In this document: positions 54,244 through 63,228 of the stretch, piece after piece | Layout: the number at the start of each line of letters is the position of its first letter | Position numbering within the stretch: the first letter of the stretch is position 1 | Origin: an uncultured Phascolarctobacterium sp. | GTDB lineage: Bacteria; Bacillota; Negativicutes; Acidaminococcales; Acidaminococcaceae | Direction: 5' to 3' | Length of the DNA stretch: 64,000 bases | NCBI GenBank assembly: GCA_947629685.1 | Contig: CANREP010000001.1 | Span: 113,958-177,957, forward strand | Notes under the pieces: generated by a model | What the model saw: only the letters and a program-made list of their open reading frames with translations | What the model was told of the DNA's origin: nothing | The model's database searches: none | Program-made: the position numbers and the translations under genes

Positions 54244-55038
54244 TTAACCCAACAACAGTCTGTCGCTGTCCATCGTATCGCCGCTGGCTTTTTCAAACAT
54301 TTCCAACAAATCGGGAATCTGCAGATTCTGCTTTTCTTCTCCCTGCACGTCGATGATGACCCTGCCGTTATGCAGCATGATCAGCCTGTTGCCAAACCGC
54401 AATGCGTCGCGCATATTATGCGTAATCATCAAAGTAGTCAAATTATCCTTCTTGACAATCTTATCCGTCAGTCCCAATACCTTTTCCGCCGTCTTGGGGT
54501 CAAGCGCTGCCGTATGTTCGTCCAAAAGCAGCAGCTTGGGTTTCTTCAGCGTCGCCATCAAAAGCGTCAGCGCCTGGCGCTGTCCGCCGCTGAGCAGCCC
54601 CACTTTGGCCGTCATGCGTTCTTCCAGTCCCAGATCCAGCTCTTTAAGCAGTTCATAGAAGCGTTCGTGCTGCTCATCATTAAAGCTCCAGGACAAGCCA
54701 GGTGTCTTGCCGCGTCTTGCAGCCAGCGCCAGGTTTTCTTCAATCATCATTCCGGCAGCCGTTCCCAGCATCGGATCCTGGAAAACGCGGCCGATATATT
54801 TGGCGCGTTTATGCTCAGGCTTCTTGGACAGGTCTTCCCCGTCGATAATAATCTTACCGCTGTCCACGGCAAATACCCCGGCAATAGCGTTAAGCGTCGT
54901 AGACTTACCTGCGCCGTTGCCGCCGATGACCGTGGCAAAATCTCCCGGTTTCAGATGCAGGCTCAATCCCTGCAAAGCACGTTTCTCGTTAATCGTTCCC
55001 GGGAAAAAAGTTTTATAGATATTTTCCACTCGCAGCAT
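54244..55038 (-). CDS. ABC transporter ATP-binding protein (COG1101 type)
   Basis: Walker A GGNGAGKST, signature LSGGQRQA, Walker B LLLLDEHTAALD. The ATG at 55038 lies one base after the permease stop. Confidence 0.85.
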   Translation of the reverse strand: MLRVENIYKTFFPGTINEKRALQGLSLHLKPGDFATVIGGNGAGKSTTLNAIAGVFAVDSGKIIIDGEDLSKKPEHKRAKYIGRVFQDPMLGTAAGMMIEENLALAARRGKTPGLSWSFNDEQHERFYELLKELDLGLEERMTAKVGLLSGGQRQALTLLMATLKKPKLLLLDEHTAALDPKTAEKVLGLTDKIVKKDNLTTLMITHNMRDALRFGNRLIMLHNGRVIIDVQGEEKQNLQIPDLLEMFEKASGDTMDSDRLLLG

Positions 55039-55039
55039 C

Positions 55040-55924
55040 TCAGCGCACCGCCTTTCTGGCACTTACCTTGTTTTTCAGCAGCGGCATGGACAGCGCAAAG
55101 GCTACCAGCACAGAGGTAAACAGTTTCAAATCATTAGGCGGCATACCCATCTGCAGTACCACTGCAATCACGATACGGTATACAATAGAACCAAGGATTA
55201 CGGAAATTATGCAGTTTTTAAAGCTGCGGGTACCAAACAATACCTCGCCGATAATAACCGAAGCCAGTCCGATAACGATGGTGCCAGTACCCATACCTAC
55301 ATCGGCAAAGCCGTTGCTTTGCGCCACCAGCGCCCCGGAAACAGCAACAAGCGCATTGCTGAGCAGCAGTCCCAGGATAATGGTAACATTGGTATCGACG
55401 CCCTGAGCACGAATCATCTGCTGGTTAAAGCCGGTAGCGCGGATAGCGGCACCGATTTCCGTACCGAAAAACCAGTACAGGAACATCCCTATCAGGAACG
55501 TAACCGCCAGCCCGACGATAAAAGTCGTCTCCGCACTGCTGAGCCCCAGCATATTGCGCACGATAGAAAAAGTCGTATCTACTCCCAGCAATGACAGGTT
55601 AGCCTTACCCATGATACGCAGATTGACGGAATACAGCGCGATCATAGTCAAAATACCTGCCAGCAGAGCCGGGATCTTCATCTTGGTATGCAGAATGCCG
55701 GTAACAACTCCGGCCAGCATACCGACAACAGCAGCCGCTGCAACAGCAACTAAAGGACCATAGCCAGCAGCCAGCAGCGAAGCCGCTGCCGCCGCGCCCA
55801 AAGGAAAACTGCCTTCTACAGTCAGGTCGGCTATATCCAGCACTCTGAAAGTAACATAAACGCCTAACGCCATCACAGCCCATAACAAGCCTTGGGCGAC
55901 AGTAGGCACTAACAAATCCAACAT
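55040..55924 (-). CDS. ABC transporter permease (COG4120 type)
   Basis: 294 aa with about 8 TM helices and a branched-chain-type permease fold. Confidence 0.8.
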   Translation of the reverse strand: MLDLLVPTVAQGLLWAVMALGVYVTFRVLDIADLTVEGSFPLGAAAAASLLAAGYGPLVAVAAAAVVGMLAGVVTGILHTKMKIPALLAGILTMIALYSVNLRIMGKANLSLLGVDTTFSIVRNMLGLSSAETTFIVGLAVTFLIGMFLYWFFGTEIGAAIRATGFNQQMIRAQGVDTNVTIILGLLLSNALVAVSGALVAQSNGFADVGMGTGTIVIGLASVIIGEVLFGTRSFKNCIISVILGSIVYRIVIAVVLQMGMPPNDLKLFTSVLVAFALSMPLLKNKVSARKAVR

Positions 55925-56018
55925 ACTACCATCCTTCCATTTTACGAATTTTTATATTATTTTATTCTTAATTAAGCTTTTTGTCTTATAATTTAAAGAA
56001 AAAGACGAGGTGATTTCT

Positions 56019-56432
56019 TTGTGGGCAATCTTTGCTTTATTATCGGCTGTATTTGCAGCGCTAACTTCCATCTTTGCCAAAATCGGCATAGAAAATGTTA
56101 ATTCCAATCTGGCCACAGCCATCCGTACCCTGGTAGTTTTAATCATGGCCTGGGGTATCGTCCTGATGACAGGCAAGCTGAACCAGCTACCGGCAATAGA
56201 CTCCAAAAGCTGGCTTTTTCTCATTCTCAGCGGTCTGGCAACAGGCCTTTCCTGGCTCTGCTATTTTTACGCTCTGCAGATAGGGGAAGCCAGCAAAGTA
56301 GTTCCTGTAGACAAATTCAGCGTAGTCATCACCATGGTCATGGCTTTCTTCATTCTTGGAGAAGCAGTTACCGTTAAAACTGTGGCAGGAGGCCTACTGA
56401 TAACCTTTGGAACACTGCTTCTTATATTTTGA
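56019..56432 (+). CDS. EamA-family (single EamA domain, SMR-like) small membrane transporter
   Basis: About 137 aa with 4 TM helices and the EamA pattern ...LSA.FAALTSIFAKIG....A.A.R.........Y.AL.....S.V.P.... TTG 56019 lies 8 nt after GACGAGG; the longest ORF starts at GTG 56010. Confidence 0.7.
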   Translation: MWAIFALLSAVFAALTSIFAKIGIENVNSNLATAIRTLVVLIMAWGIVLMTGKLNQLPAIDSKSWLFLILSGLATGLSWLCYFYALQIGEASKVVPVDKFSVVITMVMAFFILGEAVTVKTVAGGLLITFGTLLLIF

Positions 56433-56443
56433 GCATAAATTTA

Positions 56444-56480
56444 TAAAATGTCTGCCAAAAAATGGCAGACATTTTCTTTT
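56444..56480. terminator. bidirectional intrinsic terminator
   Basis: AAATGTCTGCC-loop-GGCAGACATTT followed by TCTTTT. Confidence 0.85.
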
Positions 56481-57492
56481 ATTCAATAACTTGTGCGCCT
56501 TTCAGCACTTCTTCCGGGATTGTCAGACCGATTTTCTGTGCTTCTTTCTTATTGATAGTTACGGTAAATTCTTTCTGTGCCTGGATGGGCATTTCTGCAG
56601 GTTTGGCCTTACCGTTTAAAATCTCTGCGGCCATCTCGCCGGTTTGTACGCCCAGTCTGTAGTAATCAATACCCAGGGTTGCCAGGCCGCCAGCTCTTAC
56701 CATACCGCCTTCACCGCAGATTACCGGCAGTTTTGCTTCTGTTGTTACTACGTTCAGCGTAGGCATAGCGGAAGCCAGTACATTATCTGTGGGCACATAA
56801 ATAGCCTGTACGTCGCCTGCCAGGCTATGGGCCGCCTGCTGGATATCGTTGACAGTAGAAACAGTAGCTTCTTTAACCGTAATCCCCTTAGCAGCCGCCG
56901 CTTTTTTCAGCAGCTCTACCTGCAGCTGGGAATTAACCTCGCTGGAGCAGTAAATAGTGCCGATAGTCTTTGCATCGGGAACAAGCTTCAACAGCAAATC
57001 AAGCTGCGCTTCCACAGGATTCATGTCCGTAGTACCCGTAACATTGGTGCCGGGCTTAGCATTGGATTTTATCAGTTTTGCAGCTTCATAATCCGTTACT
57101 GCCGTTGCTACAATCGGTATATCGCTGGTTACATTAGCGACTGTCTGCGCCGCCGGAGTAGCGATAGCACAGATCAGGTCAACCTTGTTGCTGACAAAAC
57201 GGTGCGCGATATTCTGCAAATTAGACTGGTCTGCCTGAGCATTCTGACGGTCATAGACAACATTCTGCCCTTCTTTAAAGCCTTTGGCAGCCATACCGTC
57301 CACAAAGCCCTTATTGGCAGCGTCAAGCGCTTCATGTTCTACCATCTGCACGATGCCTACATTAACTTTTTTGCCGCCGGCTTCTTTCTTATCGCCGCCG
57401 CAGCCGCCCAAAAGGCCCATTGCCAGCGTGAGCATGATTCCTGCAGTCAGTACTTTGATTTTTCTGCTTTTTAATACCATCATTTTAATCAT
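56479..57492 (-). CDS. ABC transporter substrate-binding lipoprotein (COG2984 / ABC_sub_bind family)
   Basis: 337 aa with lipobox LLGGC/GG and ...VGIVQMVEHEALDAA.KGF... typical of this family. Confidence 0.8.
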   Translation of the reverse strand: MIKMMVLKSRKIKVLTAGIMLTLAMGLLGGCGGDKKEAGGKKVNVGIVQMVEHEALDAANKGFVDGMAAKGFKEGQNVVYDRQNAQADQSNLQNIAHRFVSNKVDLICAIATPAAQTVANVTSDIPIVATAVTDYEAAKLIKSNAKPGTNVTGTTDMNPVEAQLDLLLKLVPDAKTIGTIYCSSEVNSQLQVELLKKAAAAKGITVKEATVSTVNDIQQAAHSLAGDVQAIYVPTDNVLASAMPTLNVVTTEAKLPVICGEGGMVRAGGLATLGIDYYRLGVQTGEMAAEILNGKAKPAEMPIQAQKEFTVTINKKEAQKIGLTIPEEVLKGAQVIE

Positions 57493-57545
57493 CCTTCCAT
57501 TCTACAATACTACAAAATAAACGACCACTTAAGGTTATTGTGTTC

Positions 57546-57574
57546 ATTTTACGCTGTTCTGAACTGCTTGTAAA
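57546..57574 (-). promoter_or_regulatory. sigma-70-type promoter of the substrate-binding protein gene
   Basis: Minus strand: TTTACA (57574-69), 17 nt, TAAAAT (57551-46). Confidence 0.45.
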
Positions 57575-57658
57575 CGAAAAAAGCCATTTCTGCTAAATAT
57601 TCGCTTTTTTCTGAATACTTTGTATGAAATTTTACATTTTTGTCATATCTTCAGGCAG

Positions 57659-57690
57659 CAAAAAGCCGGCATATGCAAAATATACCGGCC
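57659..57690 (-). terminator. intrinsic terminator after the SorC-family regulator gene
   Basis: GCCGGTATAT-loop-ATATGCCGGC (one mismatch) followed by TTTTTG on the minus strand. Confidence 0.65.
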
Positions 57691-57701
57691 TGATAAATTA
57701 C

Positions 57702-58601
57702 TTATAATAACTGCTGCGCAGTCTTCTCCGTCAAAATGATATGCGTCAGAATACCCGTCTTTAAAGCTCCCTCTGCCGCCTTCACATTATCATCGGCCAA
57801 AACGCCGATTACCTTGCTGCAATGCCTGAGCAGAGACAGCGGCACATGCATACAGAAATCATTATTACCGCTGATGAACTCGCCGCGGCTATTGTAATAA
57901 TAAGACAGAAAACTGCCCACAGCTTTCTGCCGCTGCAGCGCATCGCCAAAACGCGTCGCCGTAGCTTCATCTGGCACGCCAGGATAACCTTTAATGCCGA
58001 GCACAGCGGCGTCGGTCTGCTGCCATAAACGGTAAATAGCTTTATAAGCGGCGCCTGCTTCATAAGCTTCACGCTCTTCCTCGGAATCAGGAAAAGCCGG
58101 ACAGTTCATAACGCAGGACTGCCTGCCGCAGGAGGCGCTCCAGAGACGTACCAGTTCGTCAGGGTGATAACCTTTATTGGGAATATGAGCCTTGCCGATC
58201 AGCGGATAAACAGCGCCTTCCTGCCTGCCGCTCAATTTGCATAACTCGCTGACTACTTCGCCAATAGCGTAACCCCACCCCAGCCCTACGTTATGGGCAT
58301 AGGACAGTTCTAACGCCAGATACCTGGCGGTCTGCTGCCATAAGCCGTCCTCTTTCCGCAGCACCAGACCGCCCTGCAGATTATACCGCAGCTGCAGGTT
58401 CTTCAACAGTTCGGCATTGCCTTCTTCAGCAGTTCTGACCTCGATATGGACGATACCTGCTTCCCGCGCCCGCGTCAACATCTTGCTTACTGTCGGACGC
58501 GAAACACCCAAACGTGCAGCGACCTCCGCCTGCGTCAGATTTTCTTCGTAGTACAGTTTGGCAGCCGCAATCAGTTCGTTGCGTTCCTGAGGAGTCAGCA
58601 T
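57702..58601 (-). CDS. SorC/DeoR(B.s.)/LsrR-family sugar-phosphate-binding transcriptional regulator
   Basis: 299 aa with an N-terminal HTH AAKLYYEENLTQAEVAARLGVSRPTVSKMLTRAREAGIV and a C-terminal sugar-binding domain. Confidence 0.85.
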   Translation of the reverse strand: MLTPQERNELIAAAKLYYEENLTQAEVAARLGVSRPTVSKMLTRAREAGIVHIEVRTAEEGNAELLKNLQLRYNLQGGLVLRKEDGLWQQTARYLALELSYAHNVGLGWGYAIGEVVSELCKLSGRQEGAVYPLIGKAHIPNKGYHPDELVRLWSASCGRQSCVMNCPAFPDSEEEREAYEAGAAYKAIYRLWQQTDAAVLGIKGYPGVPDEATATRFGDALQRQKAVGSFLSYYYNSRGEFISGNNDFCMHVPLSLLRHCSKVIGVLADDNVKAAEGALKTGILTHIILTEKTAQQLL

Positions 58602-58919
58602 TTATTTAACTTCTTCCATCAGCTCAAAAAGAATACCGTCCTTCATCACGAAAGCAATACGGGTATGCTCGTCGGCCAGCCAGGGCTCTACGATAACCTG
58701 ATTTTCCTGCAGCTGTTTGTCCAAGTCGTCAACTTTATAGGCAACGTGTACCAGCGTCTGCAGTTCCTTGGGCAGCGGGGTATCTTTTTCAAAGCGCAGA
58801 TATTCGATATGAAATTCATTGCTTGCCGGGTCGATAATATGGGTCTTGATACCCTCCGCATATATCTCGCCCGGACGGGCAATATCAGTGGGTACGCCAA
58901 CATGCATGAATTCTTTCAT
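58602..58919 (-). CDS. small VOC (glyoxalase/bleomycin-resistance fold)-like protein
   Basis: 105 aa. HVG....D and the ...H.AY.V.DL.......... pattern suggest a single VOC module. The family call is tentative. Confidence 0.45.
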   Translation of the reverse strand: MKEFMHVGVPTDIARPGEIYAEGIKTHIIDPASNEFHIEYLRFEKDTPLPKELQTLVHVAYKVDDLDKQLQENQVIVEPWLADEHTRIAFVMKDGILFELMEEVK

Positions 58920-59801
58920 TTATTTCACGTCCTTTTTTAAAAGCTCATAAGCACGATATGCCTCTTCAGGTTTAGCGCCTTCATGAACTACCATCCTGAT
59001 AGCCTGCAGCATGGCGCTGGGACATTCTGCCTGCAGTACGTTGCGGCCCATGTCCACACCGGCAGCGCCTTCACTGACAGCGCGGTAAGCCATAGCCAGC
59101 GCTTCATTTTCCGGTATCTTCTTGCCGCCGGCAATAACTACAGGTACGGGGCAGGCAGCAGTAATCTGTTCAAAATTTTCGCAGTAATAAGTCTTAATGA
59201 TATGTGCGCCCTGCTCAGCCAGCAATCTGGTAGCCAGCGCAAAATATCTGGTAGTTCTTTCCATCTCTTTGCCCACAGCCACGACGCCAAGTACAGGAAT
59301 ACCGTATTTTTCGCCGGCATTGACATAATAAGCCAGATTATCAAGTGATCCCAATTCGCCGTCAGCCCCTACAAAGCATTGTACAGCCATGCAGGAAGCG
59401 TTCATGCGGATAGCGTCCTCAATATCCACTGCAGCCGTTCCAAAGCTCATATCGTCTTTCAGTACGCTGCCGTCGGCAGTGCAGCGCAGCGCAATCGCCT
59501 TGTTATGATTAGACGGGATACAGGTGCGCAGCGCTCCCCTGGTCGCCATCAGGCAGTCGGCATACTGCATCAGCGGCGGAATCACCAAGTCCAGACGTTC
59601 CAGCCCGGCGGTGGAGCCCATGATGTAGCCATGGTCAAAGGCCAGCATAATCGTATGACCGTCATCCGCAAAAATCTTGGCAAGACGGCTCTGCATACCC
59701 CAGCCGGCACTGTTCATACCTTTGACATGGAAATTATGTACGGGCGGCGCAATACCGATACCGTAATCCTTTGCTAAAATATTGCCATCTTTATCAGCCA
59801 T
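58920..59801 (-). CDS. lsrF: LsrF-type class I aldolase-family enzyme (3-hydroxy-5-phosphonooxypentane-2,4-dione thiolase-like)
   Basis: 293 aa with GWGMQSRLAKIF...MLAFDHGY..G...GLERLD, AHIIKTYY (Schiff-base Lys context), PVPVVIAGGKK and GVDMGRNV. These agree closely with E. coli LsrF as I recall it. Confidence 0.75.
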   Translation of the reverse strand: MADKDGNILAKDYGIGIAPPVHNFHVKGMNSAGWGMQSRLAKIFADDGHTIMLAFDHGYIMGSTAGLERLDLVIPPLMQYADCLMATRGALRTCIPSNHNKAIALRCTADGSVLKDDMSFGTAAVDIEDAIRMNASCMAVQCFVGADGELGSLDNLAYYVNAGEKYGIPVLGVVAVGKEMERTTRYFALATRLLAEQGAHIIKTYYCENFEQITAACPVPVVIAGGKKIPENEALAMAYRAVSEGAAGVDMGRNVLQAECPSAMLQAIRMVVHEGAKPEEAYRAYELLKKDVK

Positions 59802-59829
59802 TATCTTTCTCCTTTATCTCTGCAGACAA

Positions 59830-60822
59830 TTAGTTCCTGTAATAAGGGGTACGGCAGGGAGCATTCCAGTAGCCCAGCATTTCCTCATCCATTCTGGCAA
59901 TAAACATCTGGAAACCTGCTGTCTCCTGAACGGTAAGGATTTCACCTACAGCGCTGGCAGCAACTTCGATGCCTTTTTGCGCCAGATATTTGCAGCAGCC
60001 ACGGAAAACAATGAGCTGTTCCATGAGGGTAGTCGCGCCGCTGCCATTGATGATTACCAGCAGTTTTTCGCCTGGTTGCACATCGAGGTCTTTCAGCAGC
60101 GCTTCCATCATCAGCTCAGCAGTCTCGTCAGCAGATTTCATCGGCTGAGTACCGCCGCCGCCTTCGCCATGCTGGCCCATGCCTACTTCCATGGTGCCTT
60201 CGGCAATATGAGCTATTTCCATGCCGGTAGCCGGATGGGTAGCGCCTGCGGTAGCTACGGCGATAGTAGCCATATTATCAGCAAATTTCTGCGCAATGGC
60301 AGCAACTTCTTCCAAAGATTTTCCTGCAGCTGCAGCCGCACCGGCAATCTTATACAAAGGAATACAGCCGACTAAGCCGCGGCGGTCGTCAGCATTTTCA
60401 CGCGGCGCATTGGCAATATCTTCCTGGGTAACTACTTTAATCACGTTCAGCCCCAGTTTCTTCACCTGTTTCATGGTCAGGTTGCCGGTCAGCATATCGC
60501 CCGCATGATTCAATACCACAAAAAGCACGCCATGTCCTTTATCAGCCATCTTGATTGCTTCCACGCATGCCTGCGGTCCAGGCGCCGCAAAAATATTGCC
60601 TGCTACGGAAATGTCTACCATACCTTCGCCTACAAAACCGCTGATAGCCGGCTCATGTCCTGTGCCGCCAAGAGTAACGATGGTGACGCGGTCAGCGTCT
60701 TGGAGTTTTTTATTGACTACCAGATTCCCCTGTTCCAGAGAAATAATGTCGGGATTGGCAAGAGCCAGGCCTTCCAGCAATTCAGCAGTCAGATTTTCAG
60801 GATTGTTGATAAATTTTTTCAT
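59830..60822 (-). CDS. dhaK: dihydroxyacetone kinase, substrate-binding subunit DhaK
   Basis: 330 aa with MKKFINNPENLTAELLEGL and GGTGHEP...GEGM (hemiaminal His context). Confidence 0.9.
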   Translation of the reverse strand: MKKFINNPENLTAELLEGLALANPDIISLEQGNLVVNKKLQDADRVTIVTLGGTGHEPAISGFVGEGMVDISVAGNIFAAPGPQACVEAIKMADKGHGVLFVVLNHAGDMLTGNLTMKQVKKLGLNVIKVVTQEDIANAPRENADDRRGLVGCIPLYKIAGAAAAAGKSLEEVAAIAQKFADNMATIAVATAGATHPATGMEIAHIAEGTMEVGMGQHGEGGGGTQPMKSADETAELMMEALLKDLDVQPGEKLLVIINGSGATTLMEQLIVFRGCCKYLAQKGIEVAASAVGEILTVQETAGFQMFIARMDEEMLGYWNAPCRTPYYRN

Positions 60823-60888
60823 GATGTCGCCTCCGTTGCAAAATAAATCTTTGATGATATATTCGAGAAGCCTGCCGCTTCCGTAAAA

Positions 60889-61503
60889 CTACAGCGCTTC
60901 TGCCATAGAAGTAAACAGGATGGAGATAGAGACGGCTCCGGGATCTTTTGTTCCCAGACTGCGCTCGCCTACATTTTTGGCACGACCGAAACGCGCCACC
61001 ATATCGGCAGTAGCCTCCGCCCCCTGTCTTGCAGCAGCAGCTACGGCCTGCATAACGGTCTTTAAATCTCCGTCAGCAGTCATACCCGCCTCCAGAGCCG
61101 GATACAGCGCGTCTACCATAGTCTTATCGCCAGGTTTCGCCTTCGATATTTCCGCAAAATCTTCTTTAGCCTGCGCAAACATCTGCTTTACTCCCTGGGC
61201 GTCAAGTTCAGCTGTTCCTTCCGGCACACCCTCGGCAAACCCGCCGAAAACAGTTCCCCACAGCGGTCCGGCGCTGCCGCCGTTGCTGCCCATAAACAGC
61301 ATACTCAGGTCATCCAGCAGTTCTTTCATATCGCTGCCACCCTCTTCCAGACGCCCTTTCATGGCATCAGCCATGCGGCCGATAGTAATACCATGGTCGC
61401 CGTCTCCAGCTACGCTGTCCAGCTCGCACAGATACTTGCTTTGCGCTTTCAGTTCACCTGCTGCCGCCAGCAGCATTTTCTGCAAAAGTTCTAAGGTAAG
61501 CAT
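60889..61503 (-). CDS. dhaL: dihydroxyacetone kinase, nucleotide-binding subunit DhaL
   Basis: 204 aa with LDSVAGDGDHG (DxxxGDGDxG) and ...GGSAGPLWG.... Confidence 0.9.
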   Translation of the reverse strand: MLTLELLQKMLLAAAGELKAQSKYLCELDSVAGDGDHGITIGRMADAMKGRLEEGGSDMKELLDDLSMLFMGSNGGSAGPLWGTVFGGFAEGVPEGTAELDAQGVKQMFAQAKEDFAEISKAKPGDKTMVDALYPALEAGMTADGDLKTVMQAVAAAARQGAEATADMVARFGRAKNVGERSLGTKDPGAVSISILFTSMAEAL

Positions 61504-61537
61504 CTTATCACCTCTTGGCTTTCATGTTGTTAATATA

Positions 61538-61566
61538 ATTTTAACATTTGTCAGAACATATGTAAA
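61538..61566 (-). promoter_or_regulatory. sigma-70-type promoter of the dhaL operon
   Basis: Minus strand: TTTACA (61566-61), 17 nt, TAAAAT (61543-38). The spacer contains ACATATGT/ACATTTGT half-palindromes. Confidence 0.5.
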
Positions 61567-61591
61567 TCGTATTCTGAAAATTACTGCAGAT

Positions 61592-61620
61592 AAAAAAAGA
61601 AGGCCACAGCCTTCTTTTTT
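61592..61620. terminator. bidirectional intrinsic terminator
   Basis: AGAAGGC-CACA-GCCTTCT flanked by A7 and T6 runs. Confidence 0.85.
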
Positions 61621-61624
61621 ACAC

Positions 61625-63169
61625 TCAGTCCTGCCAGATGAATCTGTTCAGCTTTTGCAATATTTGCGGCAGCTCATGGCATAAACTGCCTATATGTACC
61701 CGCTCCGTACGACGGTGCAGATCTTTACCCCACGGTCCCAGAAGCAGGAAAGGAATCTGCAGCGCCGCCAAAGCCCTACTGTCAAAACTGTACAGCTCGC
61801 CCCAGACCGGCGCATTACTGCCGAAAACATCGTCCGTAGCCTGCTCCGTCCCCAGATAGCTGCAGTCGGAAATACCCATGAAATATCTTTGCAGCCGCAC
61901 CGGCAGCAGCGTCTGAACGAAGTTTTCCACCTGCGCAAAATCCTGCACAAGATTTTTACTGCTCAACGGTGGATAATAAGGCGGCGCAAATCCGATGACG
62001 ACGACCGGCTCTTCACAGCCGGAAAAATCCAGGACCTGTTCCATGGCCCATAAAGTAAGCGTTGGAAAATCTGCTTTTTCTTCCTGCAGCCGTCTTGCCA
62101 ATTCCTGCTGCAGTTCTTGATAAAATGTCCGAAAACCGCTTTTCTTTTCAGCCTTCTGTACGAGCTGTTCGTATCTTAGCACAGCCACCTCGTTGCCGCT
62201 ACCCTGCTTGGTCATGGCGGCGTCAGCCGCTTCGCGGCATTTTGCTTCCAGCCACTGCAGCACTTCTTCCGGCTGCCTGCGGAAAGTAAGTATATTACAG
62301 TAAGCGCCGCCACGCCGCGGCAGAGAAAAATCGTAACATCCCTTAAAGTCGCGCATATAATTCCATACGGGCGGCAGCGTCTGTTCATCCCCTTCTTTAT
62401 CTACCAGGAAGCGGTCCCCCTCCGTTCTGCTGACAATTTCAGCTATGATAGCTACAGGATTCACGCCTTCATAATAACTGCCTATCTGCACGGCGCGTCC
62501 CTGCACCAGCACGCAGGGCAGCATTTTACCTACCGTACCGCTATAGACAGTCTGCAGTCCGTTTTCTCTGCTGTTCGGCTCACAGTTCACTGCCAGTTCA
62601 TAGCTGAGTTTGTAGCGCTCGCGCAGTTCCTGCAGCAGCGGCAGACATCCCCGCATCCCGGCAGAAAAAGCCTCTTCGTCTGGAACTGACAGGAACAAGA
62701 GGCTGCCGCTGTCAGGATTAGCCGCATATTGTTCCAGTACTGCCAGTTGGGCGGCAGTGCCGCCTTTCATGTCACAGGTACCGCGCCCGAACAGCCACTG
62801 CCCGGAAGCAAGGTCTTCCTGAACTTCTTTATCCAGTGCTGTTTCCTGCAGCGCCTGCGCCAGCCGCTCTGGCTGAGTAGCTATCTCTGCCAGAGTTCCG
62901 TACACATCGGTATCTACCACGTCGTGATGCCCCATATAGATTACCGTGCGGCGGCTCTTTCCCAGTACCAGCCCATATATGCAGCTGCGCTGCCATACGT
63001 CACCTGGCAGAGCGTAAGCGCCGCATAACCAGTCATGGCGCTGAAAATACGGCATCTCCCGCATAATACGCAGCAAATACTCCTCTATGTCTCTTTCTGC
63101 CGCCGTATTGGTAGGGCTGTAAATATTGACTGCCTCCTTGACGATTTTTAAAACTCTTTCTTCCAGCAT
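61625..63169 (-). CDS. M20/M25/M40-family metallohydrolase, RocB-like
   Basis: About 514 aa with MGHHDVVD, GRGTCDMKGG and SVPDEE motifs. Length and layout resemble B. subtilis RocB. ATG 63169 with SD AAGGAG; the longest ORF starts at 63211. Confidence 0.65.
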   Translation of the reverse strand: MLEERVLKIVKEAVNIYSPTNTAAERDIEEYLLRIMREMPYFQRHDWLCGAYALPGDVWQRSCIYGLVLGKSRRTVIYMGHHDVVDTDVYGTLAEIATQPERLAQALQETALDKEVQEDLASGQWLFGRGTCDMKGGTAAQLAVLEQYAANPDSGSLLFLSVPDEEAFSAGMRGCLPLLQELRERYKLSYELAVNCEPNSRENGLQTVYSGTVGKMLPCVLVQGRAVQIGSYYEGVNPVAIIAEIVSRTEGDRFLVDKEGDEQTLPPVWNYMRDFKGCYDFSLPRRGGAYCNILTFRRQPEEVLQWLEAKCREAADAAMTKQGSGNEVAVLRYEQLVQKAEKKSGFRTFYQELQQELARRLQEEKADFPTLTLWAMEQVLDFSGCEEPVVVIGFAPPYYPPLSSKNLVQDFAQVENFVQTLLPVRLQRYFMGISDCSYLGTEQATDDVFGSNAPVWGELYSFDSRALAALQIPFLLLGPWGKDLHRRTERVHIGSLCHELPQILQKLNRFIWQD

Positions 63170-63228
63170 CTTATTCTCCTTAAAAATATAAGAAGATATT
63201 GAGAGATTCAATATCTTCTTAATATAGC

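Noticed and set aside
57493-57663. T-box leader upstream of the COG2984 substrate-binding protein gene. This transporter family is T-box regulated in some streptococci.
   Set aside because: The region is only about 170 nt and includes the promoter. It has no AGAGA/GNUGGNA stem I elements and no conserved T-box sequence (..GGTGGTACCGCG..).
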